Below, piece by piece: positions 29,683 to 39,457 of a stretch of DNA of 53,840 nt (position 1 is the stretch's first letter; the number at the start of each line of letters is the position of its first letter). Below the pieces are notes generated by a model that made no database searches, was not told where the DNA came from, and saw only the letters and a list, made by a program, of their open reading frames with translations. This stretch comes from a virus (Duplodnaviria; Caudoviricetes): positions 1-53,840 of IMG/VR virus record IMGVR_UViG_3300019360_000004; one strand, given 5' to 3'. Position numbers and translations under genes: made by a program.

Positions 29683-30360
29683 ATGGGATTAACCAATTGG
29701 GAAATCACAACCTCAACAATCCCCTCTGGTAGTACGTTAACGGTAAAAGAGACTGTGGGCAGCATTCGGGGATTTGGGAGCCTCTATTATAACGGCGATG
29801 CTGTTAGCAGTACTTATAGCACCATAGGTTATTATGGAGCAACGGCCCGGTTGAGTAGTACATACACACGGGGCTTGACGAAAGGGCGTATACGTTTCCT
29901 GCAACGTCAGGATCTAGCCACTACTAATCAGTATCAGGGTATAGTGCTCTTTATGAGTACGGCGAACGTAACAGATACCAGCGGTAGTTGTTATATCCTT
30001 GGCGGAGATACGTTGCAATGGGCCCTCCTTAAAACAACTACGGGAATGCGTAATCTTGCCATCATTGCATCCTCAGTAACTGGGCCACTCCCCACAACAG
30101 CAACGCCATATGCGATGGAAATACATTGGGCTTCTGATGCCACGCAATATGGTGGTACCTCTATTGCTCTTTTTGCTGGTACAACGCTGAATTTTACTGA
30201 TCTCACCTTGCGACTCAATTATACAGATACTTCTAGCCCACTCAGTACCAGCGTAGGGGAAGGGCCAGCCTGGATATATCGTGTTGGTACCACAAGTCCT
30301 TTTTCAGCAAATCTTGGACGTAATGTCCAAGATAATCACAACATTTATCAATGGCAATAA
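29683..30360 (+). CDS. Putative receptor-binding lectin-like protein A
   Basis: Beta-rich; paralog of the next gene. Confidence 0.5.
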   Translation: MGLTNWEITTSTIPSGSTLTVKETVGSIRGFGSLYYNGDAVSSTYSTIGYYGATARLSSTYTRGLTKGRIRFLQRQDLATTNQYQGIVLFMSTANVTDTSGSCYILGGDTLQWALLKTTTGMRNLAIIASSVTGPLPTTATPYAMEIHWASDATQYGGTSIALFAGTTLNFTDLTLRLNYTDTSSPLSTSVGEGPAWIYRVGTTSPFSANLGRNVQDNHNIYQWQ

Positions 30361-30369
30361 GGTGCTGGA

Positions 30370-31059
30370 ATGCCCTCTGTCGCCCTCGCCGCTAACAGCG
30401 CCTGGACCTTCTACGTCACTGACGTGGGTATGTCTGCCGCGCTCAGTGCCAGTAACCCCATTCTCGGCACCAGTGCGCTGCGTATCGCCCGCAACGCCGT
30501 GGGCACCAGCAACATTAGCGCCCATGGTGCCCTCATCACCTGGTCTCATGGCTGGACCCGTGGCCGTATGCGCACCGCCTACCGCCTGGACACACATACC
30601 GCAACTACAGATCATGGCATGGGCCTCTACTGCCTTGCCTCCCAGGCAGACCTGACGGCGGGCGTCGGGGCCTGCTATGCCCTCGCACTTCGCACCAGCA
30701 CAACCGGGGGCACCATCGATAGCCTGCGCCTTGTGAAGTACAGCGCTGGCCTCGCGGCGCCCACCGGCGGCGTAGTGCTTGCGACCTATGCAACCGGCAA
30801 TATTGTGCTGGGAACCATCGTATGCATCGAACTTGAATGGCGCGTCGATCTGACCGCACTCGGCGGCGTGGCACTCACTGGTCGGTATGCGACCGGTTTC
30901 GTCTTACCAGCCCAACCTACACTGCCCACGGTACTCACCTATACGGACACCAGCAGTCCATTGACGAGCAGTGTGGGCGAGGGCGTCTGGATATTCGCCA
31001 ACGGCACAGGTGATCACACAAGCACATTTGGGGAGACCGCAGGCTTCCACCTGCCCTAG
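30370..31059 (+). CDS. Putative receptor-binding lectin-like protein B
   Basis: Shares TxGRxR and YTDTSSPLxxSVGEG with the previous gene. Confidence 0.5.
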   Translation: MPSVALAANSAWTFYVTDVGMSAALSASNPILGTSALRIARNAVGTSNISAHGALITWSHGWTRGRMRTAYRLDTHTATTDHGMGLYCLASQADLTAGVGACYALALRTSTTGGTIDSLRLVKYSAGLAAPTGGVVLATYATGNIVLGTIVCIELEWRVDLTALGGVALTGRYATGFVLPAQPTLPTVLTYTDTSSPLTSSVGEGVWIFANGTGDHTSTFGETAGFHLP

Positions 31060-31069
31060 AGGGCCCCTT

Positions 31070-31273
31070 ATGCCACCTGTGACGACTGCGCTCCATATCG
31101 CATTGACACGAGGACGCCTCCCCGCCTGGATAGTTCTCGACATATTGCAGCGCCAAGGGTATAGTGAATTTGAAACCCTCACGACGCTATTACTCGAAGT
31201 GCAATGTGGGAGTATACAGGTAGATCCACGGGGAAGATTATCTCTTCAAGAAGGGACATTATGCAGTCTATAA
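31070..31273 (+). CDS. Small hypothetical protein
   Basis: LDILQRQG similar to 5691-5885. Confidence 0.45.
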   Translation: MPPVTTALHIALTRGRLPAWIVLDILQRQGYSEFETLTTLLLEVQCGSIQVDPRGRLSLQEGTLCSL

Positions 31274-31515
31274 GCACATGCGACTATGAGGAGAAAATTA
31301 CGCTTGTACGAGCACCTACCCCTACCAAGGAAACCCGTGTTGTGGATGTCGGTCCTATCACGCGGGTACGCTGTCCTGGCTGCGGCCACACCGTGACCGT
31401 GGGTTATGCCCCTGGCGGAAGCGGGGCGTCACACTGTGGGCTAGTATTTCGCATCGAAGTGCGGCAGCTCGATCTCCTCGTGCGCCATCAGGGACAGCCC
31501 GTTGCCCGTTCATGA
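31261..31515 (+). CDS. Small zinc-ribbon protein
   Basis: CPGCG...HCG. Confidence 0.5.
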   Translation: MQSISTCDYEEKITLVRAPTPTKETRVVDVGPITRVRCPGCGHTVTVGYAPGGSGASHCGLVFRIEVRQLDLLVRHQGQPVARS

Positions 31516-31751
31516 GGGAGCATGCCGTGAATATCGAAAATCGATGTCTACATCCCATCACGACGACTCGCACGGTGCCAATTGAGCGGTATAATCGCGA
31601 TGGCACAATGAGACGCCGTGTGCCTGCGGCACAATGGCATACCTGTGTAGGTTGTGGCGCGTCCTTTTATCAGGAGGCCACCCTGCAACAAGAGGGGTAT
31701 GCAGTGCAGCCAACGCCCCCGCCCGCACAAGCGAACGACGTGTACTGCTAA
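31512..31751 (+). CDS. Small zinc-ribbon protein
   Basis: CLH...CVGCG. Confidence 0.45.
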   Translation: MREHAVNIENRCLHPITTTRTVPIERYNRDGTMRRRVPAAQWHTCVGCGASFYQEATLQQEGYAVQPTPPPAQANDVYC

Positions 31752-31993
31752 GAAATAAACACTGTGTAAATCCTAGTGTCGCCCTACCGAAATCACTCGG
31801 GGCAATGCTGTCCCATCGCCCATGATCGTACATCCCGCCAACGGCCACCGCATATGCAGTTGCATCAACGCCCGCGCAGCAAGACTGTCGATGAGAGTCA
31901 ATGAACCTACAAACGGCGTCAGTGTCATATCAAGCAAGTGTGGAATACGTATCCCACAAGGAGCATCCTGTGGGTTTAATACCACAATCTGTG

Positions 31994-32272
31994 TTAACGA
32001 CGCCATGGATACCCCCCATAAGTGTGCCAAGGCCATAGAGTAGGCCAATGCGTCCATAAGAGAGGCTGAGGCGCTATAACCACAACTGGCGGGGGTGGTG
32101 CAGGCCGCTCAGGTAATGGGGTATGCACTACTCCAAGAACAGTGCCAGAAGGACATTCCTGATTCGTAAGCAGCGCCTGCCCTGAGGCCAGATGACAGAT
32201 ACGAAGGTCTGGGGCCGCGTCCCCGCCTTCGGCCAGAAACAGCAATCCGAAACCCACAAAGCACAATACCAT
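31994..32272 (-). CDS. Small exported protein
   Basis: Signal-like N-terminus, Pro-rich C-terminus, AAGGAG RBS. Confidence 0.45.
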   Translation of the reverse strand: MVLCFVGFGLLFLAEGGDAAPDLRICHLASGQALLTNQECPSGTVLGVVHTPLPERPAPPPPVVVIAPQPLLWTHWPTLWPWHTYGGYPWRR

Positions 32273-32337
32273 AGCAAACACGGTTCTCTCCTTCTTACGG
32301 CCAGTCACCAAATGCAGGGACTGCCCACCAGTGGCCT

Positions 32338-32721
32338 CTACGGTTGGAGCGTACCACGCAAATTTTGGATCTTGTCCGGTTGTCGCAGTTGAAACATGAC
32401 CGTATTCGACGGCACACTCTCCATTCCAGCCGCATCAACGGCAGTCACGTACCAGCAATAGATCCCATTCAGCGTCACGGCACTATCCGTATAGTCACTC
32501 GAGGTGATCGGCAACGGCGTTGGTGTCAACCGGGGGAAATTGGCAGGGACTCCGATAGGACACGTCGCATTTAAGCGATAGACATGGACACCAATGGCCA
32601 AGTCCGCTCCTTGTACATACGTATCCCATGCGAGCTTGACAGAGAGAGCATAAGCAGGGATTTGGAGGATGCTCACGAGAAGCCCGAGTCCAAGTATACT
32701 ACTCCACAGTTTTCGTTCCAT
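32338..32721 (-). CDS. Secreted fibronectin type III domain protein
   Basis: Signal peptide ending AYA; VKLAWD, VYR, YTD and YCWYVTAVDAAGMESVPSN. Confidence 0.8.
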   Translation of the reverse strand: MERKLWSSILGLGLLVSILQIPAYALSVKLAWDTYVQGADLAIGVHVYRLNATCPIGVPANFPRLTPTPLPITSSDYTDSAVTLNGIYCWYVTAVDAAGMESVPSNTVMFQLRQPDKIQNLRGTLQP

Positions 32722-32764
32722 TGCTGTATCCTTTCCTCTCATTGTCTGAAATACCAAGTCATCA

Positions 32765-33289
32765 TTATCGCCCATACGGCAATACTCGGACCGCCCAGCG
32801 GATGAAGTACGCGCCATCGGCTCGCGGGATCGTCTCAGTAATACACGGGCGTACTTCAGTTTCCCACCACTGCTGAGGAACCCAGCCGCCTTGTGAGACG
32901 TGATTAACCTTGGCATTACAGTCGTAGAACATCATCCCGTGCTCGGCCGTCAACGCGACGCCGACGGTGTGGGTCTGCCGATAGGCCCAGCGGACATTCA
33001 TGGCGTCGCGCGACTGACACCAGGGACCGGTCCATTGCAGAAAGGCCAGGCCATAGTCCGGCATGGCCGCGGGGGTGCGGCGATAGGAGGCGTGAGCCGC
33101 TTCGAGCGCGGCCAATAATTGCGACGGGTTCATATAGCCTCGGCGCTCGAAGCCCTCCAGTAGCGGGCGTAACGTCATCACCGGGCGCTGGAGAATAGCG
33201 GCTAGAGCACAAGGACCACAATTAGCCCCGAACGCCTCAAAGGCATCGTGGACATCCTGGGGGGTGTAGAGTTGACTGTACAGCAGCAT
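32765..33289 (-). CDS. Papain-like / C39-like cysteine peptidase
   Basis: NCGPCALAA, THTVGV and FYDCN suggest a Cys-His-Asp triad. Confidence 0.55.
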   Translation of the reverse strand: MLLYSQLYTPQDVHDAFEAFGANCGPCALAAILQRPVMTLRPLLEGFERRGYMNPSQLLAALEAAHASYRRTPAAMPDYGLAFLQWTGPWCQSRDAMNVRWAYRQTHTVGVALTAEHGMMFYDCNAKVNHVSQGGWVPQQWWETEVRPCITETIPRADGAYFIRWAVRVLPYGR

Positions 33290-33625
33290 AGCTAAATCCG
33301 TTTCTCCGTCCAGGCCGACAATGTGACCACAGGATATTTGGCGACTCGGGGAACCCGCACTTTCCCCACATCTGTGTGCGGACGGTCCTGCAATACACCA
33401 ACACGGTCCGCAGGTGCAAGCGGCTGACGAGCTCGCCGCACTTCCTTCGACAGGGGAACCAGATTTCTCGACGTAGAAATGAATGATGAAGATTCTTCCA
33501 TACCAATCGATCTCCTTCCTCGGTTCACCCCAGCCCCGCTCTATGGCCATTTCACTAACCCCAGAGTCGAAAGAACAGCTCGGGGCACGGGTATCCCGTG
33601 TGGCCGCTGGGAGTGGAACCCTACG

Positions 33626-33922
33626 TCAATGAGATTTTTCATCGGCGTCTAACCAGCCAATACGCTGACCCACCGCCTCCGCTTCGCGTTGGGCGGCCGC
33701 AATCTCTTCCGCCGTCCATCGTGCGGCCGCGCGTCGCTGCCGCCAGGGTGTCTTCGTTTTACGAGATAATGGTCGCGTCGGACGTTCGGACGACGGCTTC
33801 CGCACCCGTTGCGTCGCGGTCCGGCTACGAAGATCCAGCAACCGCTGACGCATCAATACGCGGTCCAGAATATGGATAGCAAGGAGGTAGAAGGGGTCAT
33901 CTGCAGGAGGATGTTGATTCAT
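33626..33922 (-). CDS. Hypothetical protein
   Basis: Basic small ORF in the operon. Confidence 0.45.
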   Translation of the reverse strand: MNQHPPADDPFYLLAIHILDRVLMRQRLLDLRSRTATQRVRKPSSERPTRPLSRKTKTPWRQRRAAARWTAEEIAAAQREAEAVGQRIGWLDADEKSH

Positions 33923-33935
33923 AGAATATCCCCTA

Positions 33936-35186
33936 TCATGAGTATGCAACAATGCGTTGGGCAATCCACTCCACTACGGGGAGACAGACGCTGTTGCCCA
34001 GCAGGCGATAGCGTGCGCTATCGCTGATTGCCCGGCCATCGTCACCATAGGCGGTCCAGTTTTTTGGATAGCCCTGGAGCCGCTCACATTCCCCCGGTGT
34101 CAGGCGCCGGATTCCGAACGTTCTCCCTATTGGGCAAACAACCGCCACCTGTCCGCCACGATTGATGTGGCTTGTATCAAAGTTCATCGCTCGCAGCGTC
34201 GGCGCAATGTTTTCCTGGCTATCCTGGCCAGCGTCTTTCGAGGAAAACGCGACAATGGGTGTTCCTCTCCCTGTGCCGTCCTCGCTGGCGTCTGCCCCTT
34301 CAGCGGTGAGCGCGTGTGCAATATGTGGGTGCACCACGAATGTCTCACTCTCGAAATCGAGCCGCCCGTGATGGGCATTGCAGGCAGTGCTCACGTCAAG
34401 CGGGCCATTGGTGTTGTTCCCGCCAAACGTGATGAGTCCTCCTCCACAATCAAAGTCTGTTCCGAGTCCGCCACCTGCTTTGGCAAGATTGATCACATTG
34501 CGCTCATCCCAAGTAGTGACTACAAGATGTCCGGCCTGGGCTTGATTGTCATCTGCGCCACATGTTCCAACGCCATTTGCAGTAAGGGCGGCAACGCTCG
34601 CCCCCTCTTCACGGCGCGGCGGAGGATTCCACGCGCTGCCGTCGCGCTCAAAGAGTATTTCGACGGCGCCACCGTTTCCAAGACTTGCGACAAGGAAGAC
34701 ACGCTGGCGCCGCTGTGGTACACCATCGAATTGAGCGTCAAGCACCCGCCAGGCGACGCAATACCCGAGTTCGACCAGCCCGCGAAGGATGGTGGCAAAG
34801 TCTCGTCCGCCGGCGCTGGATAGAAGACCGGGGACATTCTCGATGACAACCCATCGCGGGTGATACAGGCCAACAGTCCGTACAAACTCGAACCAGAGCC
34901 CTGACCGCTCGCCAGCCAGTCCCGCGCGGCGTCCAGCCATTGAGAGATCCTGGCAGGGAAATCCACCGGTAAGAAGGTCAATTGGTCTTCTGCCAAAGGT
35001 TTTGGCTGTGATTGATCTGACATCGTTGACAATCTCCACGCCTGGGAAATGGCGTCGCAAGACGCTTCGTGCCTGCATCTCAATCTCGCAGAGACCTATC
35101 AGGTGAGCACCAGCACGCCGGAACGCTTCCTCGAAGCCACCAATGCCACTAAAAAGACCCACATATCTCAATGGTAGCGCTGGCAT
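33936..35186 (-). CDS. DNA (cytosine-5)-methyltransferase
   Basis: Motifs I LFSGIGG, IV GGFPCQDLS, VI ENVPGL, VIII QRRQRVF, IX RRLTPGECERLQG and X LGNSV. Confidence 0.95.
   Translation of the reverse strand: MPALPLRYVGLFSGIGGFEEAFRRAGAHLIGLCEIEMQARSVLRRHFPGVEIVNDVRSITAKTFGRRPIDLLTGGFPCQDLSMAGRRAGLAGERSGLWFEFVRTVGLYHPRWVVIENVPGLLSSAGGRDFATILRGLVELGYCVAWRVLDAQFDGVPQRRQRVFLVASLGNGGAVEILFERDGSAWNPPPRREEGASVAALTANGVGTCGADDNQAQAGHLVVTTWDERNVINLAKAGGGLGTDFDCGGGLITFGGNNTNGPLDVSTACNAHHGRLDFESETFVVHPHIAHALTAEGADASEDGTGRGTPIVAFSSKDAGQDSQENIAPTLRAMNFDTSHINRGGQVAVVCPIGRTFGIRRLTPGECERLQGYPKNWTAYGDDGRAISDSARYRLLGNSVCLPVVEWIAQRIVAYS
34520..35023 (-). CDS. Nested alternative-frame ORF within the methyltransferase (beta-subunit-like)
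   Basis: 167 aa; SLSQVLE..KYSLS..AARGILRRAVKRG..LP. Confidence 0.55.
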   Translation of the reverse strand: MSDQSQPKPLAEDQLTFLPVDFPARISQWLDAARDWLASGQGSGSSLYGLLACITRDGLSSRMSPVFYPAPADETLPPSFAGWSNSGIASPGGCLTLNSMVYHSGASVSSLSQVLETVAPSKYSLSATAARGILRRAVKRGRALPPLLQMALEHVAQMTIKPRPDIL

Positions 35187-35452
35187 AACGTCTCCTGGAG
35201 CCCAAAGAATCGACCACAGTGTGGACACGTCCACGGCATTGCCGTGATATCATGCCAGGCCCCACAGCAGGCGATCTGGAACGATGGCGTTAGAGGCCCT
35301 GGCTTGAATCGATTGGCATAGACTCGGTCTCGTGCCCTTTTTAGACAGACGACACAGTTTACATACCATGGAACTGCGGGGATATTTTTATGGTTTGGAC
35401 ACAAGCTAGCGGTCTTCCGTTCAGCATAAGAGGGGCGGTTGTAGGGAATCAC
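35168..35452 (-). CDS. Cys-rich hypothetical protein
   Basis: CVVC, CCG and CPHCG. Confidence 0.5.
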   Translation of the reverse strand: MIPYNRPSYAERKTASLCPNHKNIPAVPWYVNCVVCLKRARDRVYANRFKPGPLTPSFQIACCGAWHDITAMPWTCPHCGRFFGLQETLCQRYH

Positions 35453-35823
35453 GTATTTGTTTCTCCCTCATATTCGGCTCTAAGTTCCTCAGATCCTTCT
35501 GCCAAGGGCTCTAAATATCGCACGGGTTTTTTATGGACCTGTGCATAGTGAATCTCGCTCCTTGTGGATTCGCCAATATATCCATAGACATTCAGCACAA
35601 GGATCTCATCCGCGAGGTCAATCTTCCGTTTATGGAGTTCATCCAATTGATCTTTGACGGCCGGAGAAAAATGGAGAACATCATCACTCTGCGTATCACA
35701 ACCTACCGTCAAAACAATCCTCCCCAGCAACGTTTGTTCAAGGTTCGCCCGACGAAAGGCATCGCCGAACCGTGTCGAGCCACAAAGACAGACTATTATC
35801 GGACGTGCTATCGGTCTATTCAT
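35449..35823 (-). CDS. Nucleoside deoxyribosyltransferase-like fold protein
   Basis: IVCLCGSTRF...HKRKIDLADEILVLN..GYIGESTRSEIHYA. Confidence 0.65.
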   Translation of the reverse strand: MNRPIARPIIVCLCGSTRFGDAFRRANLEQTLLGRIVLTVGCDTQSDDVLHFSPAVKDQLDELHKRKIDLADEILVLNVYGYIGESTRSEIHYAQVHKKPVRYLEPLAEGSEELRAEYEGETNT

Positions 35824-36224
35824 AACAATGGCCTCTCTATTCGTTGATCACTATCCCCTTCGAGATCTACACATCGATCCCAGCCATTGAGGGAAGAACC
35901 ACGCTTCCACACCTCTAACACCCTCAGATCATCACAATTCATGGTCTCTCCAATACAATGAGGACCATGCCGTGGAGGATCTCCATAATGCAACATCTTG
36001 GGATGTCGCGTATCACTCATAGGGGTAAAAATACCATAATGCATTTCCACACAAAAATGTTCTTCGCAGTCTTGGCAAGCAATTTCCAGTAACACAACCA
36101 CCTCGGCATAAATATCAGGACACAAACATGGCTGAAATGGGTCAAATCGTGGCACCCCATTTTGATCCCACCACAATGGAGGATCACTGATACGACTGAG
36201 AATATCGTGATAACTCGCGTGCAT
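35820..36224 (-). CDS. Cys/His-rich hypothetical protein
   Basis: PLWWDQNGVPRF, CQDC and LHYGDPPRH. Confidence 0.6.
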   Translation of the reverse strand: MHASYHDILSRISDPPLWWDQNGVPRFDPFQPCLCPDIYAEVVVLLEIACQDCEEHFCVEMHYGIFTPMSDTRHPKMLHYGDPPRHGPHCIGETMNCDDLRVLEVWKRGSSLNGWDRCVDLEGDSDQRIERPLL

Positions 36225-36244
36225 ACTATACTCCTAGGAAAAAA

Positions 36245-36679
36245 TCACAACGCATATAGTTCCTGCCATTGTGATGGCAGATAGCGCCTGACCAGTTCCC
36301 ACCGCGTTCTTGCCTCTGGCGTGCCGCGTATATCGAGTACGGGACCGACAGACGAAGCTTCCGTCAACGTCAGACGGCGCCGCAGATGGACTGCAAGCGG
36401 CCGTCGCTCGATCCATTCGCCTAACGTAGTATCTCCTACATCACGTAGAGCATCATACACGGCTGTTTCTATCAATGCCGGGTGTGTGCGTAAATGTCCT
36501 AGCCGAGCAACTGAGGCGTGCCAGACTGGCCCCCCAAAACCTGCTTCTAATCATTCATAACCGGCATCGACTGTCACAATAATACTGAAACCATTGATCT
36601 GCCGGTGGAAACGAGGATGCATCGTCTCACATGCCAGATAACAATAATGCAGAAGCGCCGTGCGTTGCTGTCCCGTCAT
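36245..36679 (-). pseudogene. Hypothetical gene interrupted by in-frame TGA
   Basis: AAGGAG RBS and ATG 36679; one TGA at 36551-36553; same frame continues to 36245. Confidence 0.6.
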
Positions 36680-36695
36680 ATTGTGTCTCCTTCAA

Positions 36696-37073
36696 TCATA
36701 TTTTCGATAAACGAGTCACAATGGCTGGCCAGTCGCTAGGCCGCCACACTGCGCACTCTTGTCCTGCATGTTCCAACAAGGTCAGCCAGCGCGCCTGCGC
36801 CGCAGTTAGCTTACCGGTCGCCGTTTTCAGCTCGACAAACAGCACGCTTGTGCCATTGGTTAACACAAGGTCGGGGAACCCCTCAGGGCTGCGACGCGAA
36901 TCATGCGTGTGGTACGCCAGCCAGCCGTAAGATTTGGCGAGTGCAAGCACTTCATTCAGCAACTGCACTTCAGTCTGTGTCACAGGCAGCGAGGTCTCGA
37001 GGAGCGTTGGCCGGGGAATGCGCGCTAACCAGGCTGTATACTCGGCATCGCTCCAATGCAGACCGGGGCTCAT
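36696..37073 (-). CDS. VRR-NUC domain nuclease
   Basis: HDSRRSPEGFPDLVL...FVELK..GKLTAAQ..W. Confidence 0.9.
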   Translation of the reverse strand: MSPGLHWSDAEYTAWLARIPRPTLLETSLPVTQTEVQLLNEVLALAKSYGWLAYHTHDSRRSPEGFPDLVLTNGTSVLFVELKTATGKLTAAQARWLTLLEHAGQECAVWRPSDWPAIVTRLSKI

Positions 37074-37489
37074 TGTTTCTCCTCCCAGAATCCTAATTGT
37101 GGACTCTCGACCAATCGCAAGCAATGTGGCGACAGCCATAGACGCTCACGGTGGGCTTGATGCCCCTCTGCGCCACGTATGCCACCCCGGAGAAAGCCCT
37201 CGTGGAACTACTCCATGACAGCTCATCCATGCGTCTCCGCATCACGTCTCCTTCTGCGGTCACTCCATCATCTGATCGTCAGTCCACAACCAGACAGCGC
37301 CAATTGTTGAGGCCGGGCGCACGATGCAACGCAGCCCCAAAGGCGAATGGCTCATCTTGTTGTGTATTCTGAATCGACATGGCCATTAGGCCGATAGCGC
37401 TTTGTGCGTGGGTGTCGATTCCACAAGTGTGGTTCCCCTTCCCCTTCATAGGCCAGCGCCGCTGCCAGAGCGACGTAGGGGTCATTGTA

Positions 37490-37681
37490 TCACCACTCAT
37501 CCACGGTGCCGAAATCATCTAGACTCTCGCTTACTGTGATGCGCGCTCTTCCAAACGTGAGGTGGATCACGTCGAGTATTTGGCCATTTGCCAACTTCCT
37601 AGTTAGATAGGCATGACGCTTATTCAACGGGAAGAGTGGCTCAAATACGTTGTTTGTAGCCATTTCGGTTCGACCGGCCAT
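37490..37681 (-). CDS. Hypothetical protein
   Basis: Small ORF with RBS. Confidence 0.45.
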   Translation of the reverse strand: MAGRTEMATNNVFEPLFPLNKRHAYLTRKLANGQILDVIHLTFGRARITVSESLDDFGTVDEW

Positions 37682-37903
37682 TCATCCTACTCCTTGTCAT
37701 AGGGGGTGGCTGTAATCTGTTCCGTCTCTGTCAGCAACCCGTAGCCTAGTTTAAGCAGCGGTTGTGTACCAGGATGGCCCTCACAATGTGTCCGCCACAC
37801 CAGTGATAGGGTACAGCCTCCGGACTCTCACAAACCCAGCCCGCCGCGATAAGCATGCTCTCCAAGCCTGCATGTAGCTCGGCAAGATCATCGAAAAGCC
37901 CTC

Positions 37904-38548
37904 CTAGACATATTCATGAGGAAACTCCTGTACGCGCAGGTCGTACGGCCACTCGTGTGGATCACTCCCGTTACGATCACGCCAGTGATACAGGACATTA
38001 CACACCACTGGCTCATGCGAATCATCTAAGACTATACATTCTCCGACGCTACAGTTCCCCAACTGTTTGACAAACACGGGTACACGCGCTGCCTGACACT
38101 GCTGCACGACGCTGCGGAGCCAAGAAATGTTACATGGGCGAGCGTTGGGACCACTTTCGCCGCCCATAATGACCAAGTCGAGCCGGGTGTGATGATCCAC
38201 ATGGCCAACGGCTATATCACAGTAAGAACCACACAAACCAAGCGGTTCGCCATACTGTCCATGAGGGACTCCATCAATATCGAAACGAAAATCAACTGCA
38301 TCCAACGGCTCATAACTGACAAAGTGTATCGCGGCCGGCGTCTGCAACAACCAGGGCATGCGGGCATCAGCCGTAGCCTGATTTTCGATGCTGACACCCA
38401 CCCAGACCCACGGCATGCCCTCGCAGCCATGCCCGCCCATCAGTCGATAGCCTGGCCCATCAGCAGCGTCCGCAAGCCATAGAAGTCCATTGAAAGGATT
38501 CCAGATACAATGTGTCCAACGGATGTTTGTCATGATTGTTGTCCTCAT
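37904..38548 (-). CDS. Gp37/Gp68 (DUF5131)-family protein, apparently internally deleted
   Basis: IRWTHCIWNP, WVGVSIENQ, FVSYEPL, GGESGPNARP and FVKQLG present; Cys cluster after WNP absent. Confidence 0.75.
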   Translation of the reverse strand: MRTTIMTNIRWTHCIWNPFNGLLWLADAADGPGYRLMGGHGCEGMPWVWVGVSIENQATADARMPWLLQTPAAIHFVSYEPLDAVDFRFDIDGVPHGQYGEPLGLCGSYCDIAVGHVDHHTRLDLVIMGGESGPNARPCNISWLRSVVQQCQAARVPVFVKQLGNCSVGECIVLDDSHEPVVCNVLYHWRDRNGSDPHEWPYDLRVQEFPHEYV

Positions 38549-38557
38549 AGTTCCTCG

Positions 38558-38791
38558 TTAAAAAGGGATCGAAAAGCGCAGAGCCTTATAGCGCGCTAAC
38601 AGTTTTTCAATGCTAGGCGCTGTAAGCCCATGCCCAAGTCTGCCAGGACAATAGGTTTCGACAGTCCCCACAACGGTACGACGTACGGCGGCAAGATGTA
38701 CATACTGTTGTGAGGTTTCCGATTGATCGATTATTTGTCCGATCTCTCGGTCTCTCGATTGCAACCGCACATACTGTCGATAGACGATCAT
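38558..38791 (-). CDS. Hypothetical protein
   Basis: GGAGG RBS and ATG. Confidence 0.45.
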   Translation of the reverse strand: MIVYRQYVRLQSRDREIGQIIDQSETSQQYVHLAAVRRTVVGTVETYCPGRLGHGLTAPSIEKLLARYKALRFSIPF

Positions 38792-39161
38792 CTATGCCTC
38801 CCATAGTGTTGTCCTTATTGTGGTTCTACCACGCAATACCCTAGCGCTTCCAGCGTTGTCGTGCTTACCGTTGAATGTCGTGGATGTCCTGGAATATCGT
38901 GCGTCACATTCCACAACCCCACGGGGGGTGAACCACCAACACGAGGTTGCCATCCTACCCAGACGGCGGGTGCTGGCAGTCGCGGACAACGTGTTGCTCC
39001 AACAATGAGCAGACACGTCAGCAAACCGACACTCCCGAATATCACGAGGAGCATGAGGAGAGCAAAAAACATAGATTTTCCTTCTCCGTCGAATAGCTTG
39101 AAGTTGGACGATATGCTGCCGCTACCCAGGATCACGTCTCCTTCCCCTCGCCTCCTCATTA

Positions 39162-39457
39162 TCACCGGCCCTGGACGACTTGTGCCCGTTCATGCGCCAC
39201 CACGGCGGCGTACTCCTGTACGCCAGGCAACTACTGGCGTAGAGTATAGACGGCCTCGAATTACTCATCAGTCCACTCCTCCTGGGGACACGTCCAATCT
39301 GTCGCCTGGGTGAGCCGCTCGAGCCATGGGAGAGCCTCCCGCTTCAGCCGAAAATGGGCAGCGGCAGTTCCCGAAACGTGCCGGTAGCATCGACCTGGCC
39401 GAGGCGCCAGGGATTGCGACTATACGAGCAGCGGCGAAGCGTGAGCGGAGCGGACAT
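39162..39457 (-). pseudogene. Probable pseudogene (one frameshift, two in-frame stops)
   Basis: MSAPLTLRR..LPI / RLKREALPWLE..EEWTDE*FEAVYTLRQ*LPGVQEYAAV; stops at 39261 and 39231. Confidence 0.45.

Noticed and set aside
29683-31059. Diversity-generating retroelement
   Set aside because: No reverse transcriptase and no adenine-specific TR/VR pair seen
39240-39300. CTGATGAG on the - strand as a second hammerhead
   Set aside because: No stem II-GAAA or flanking stems
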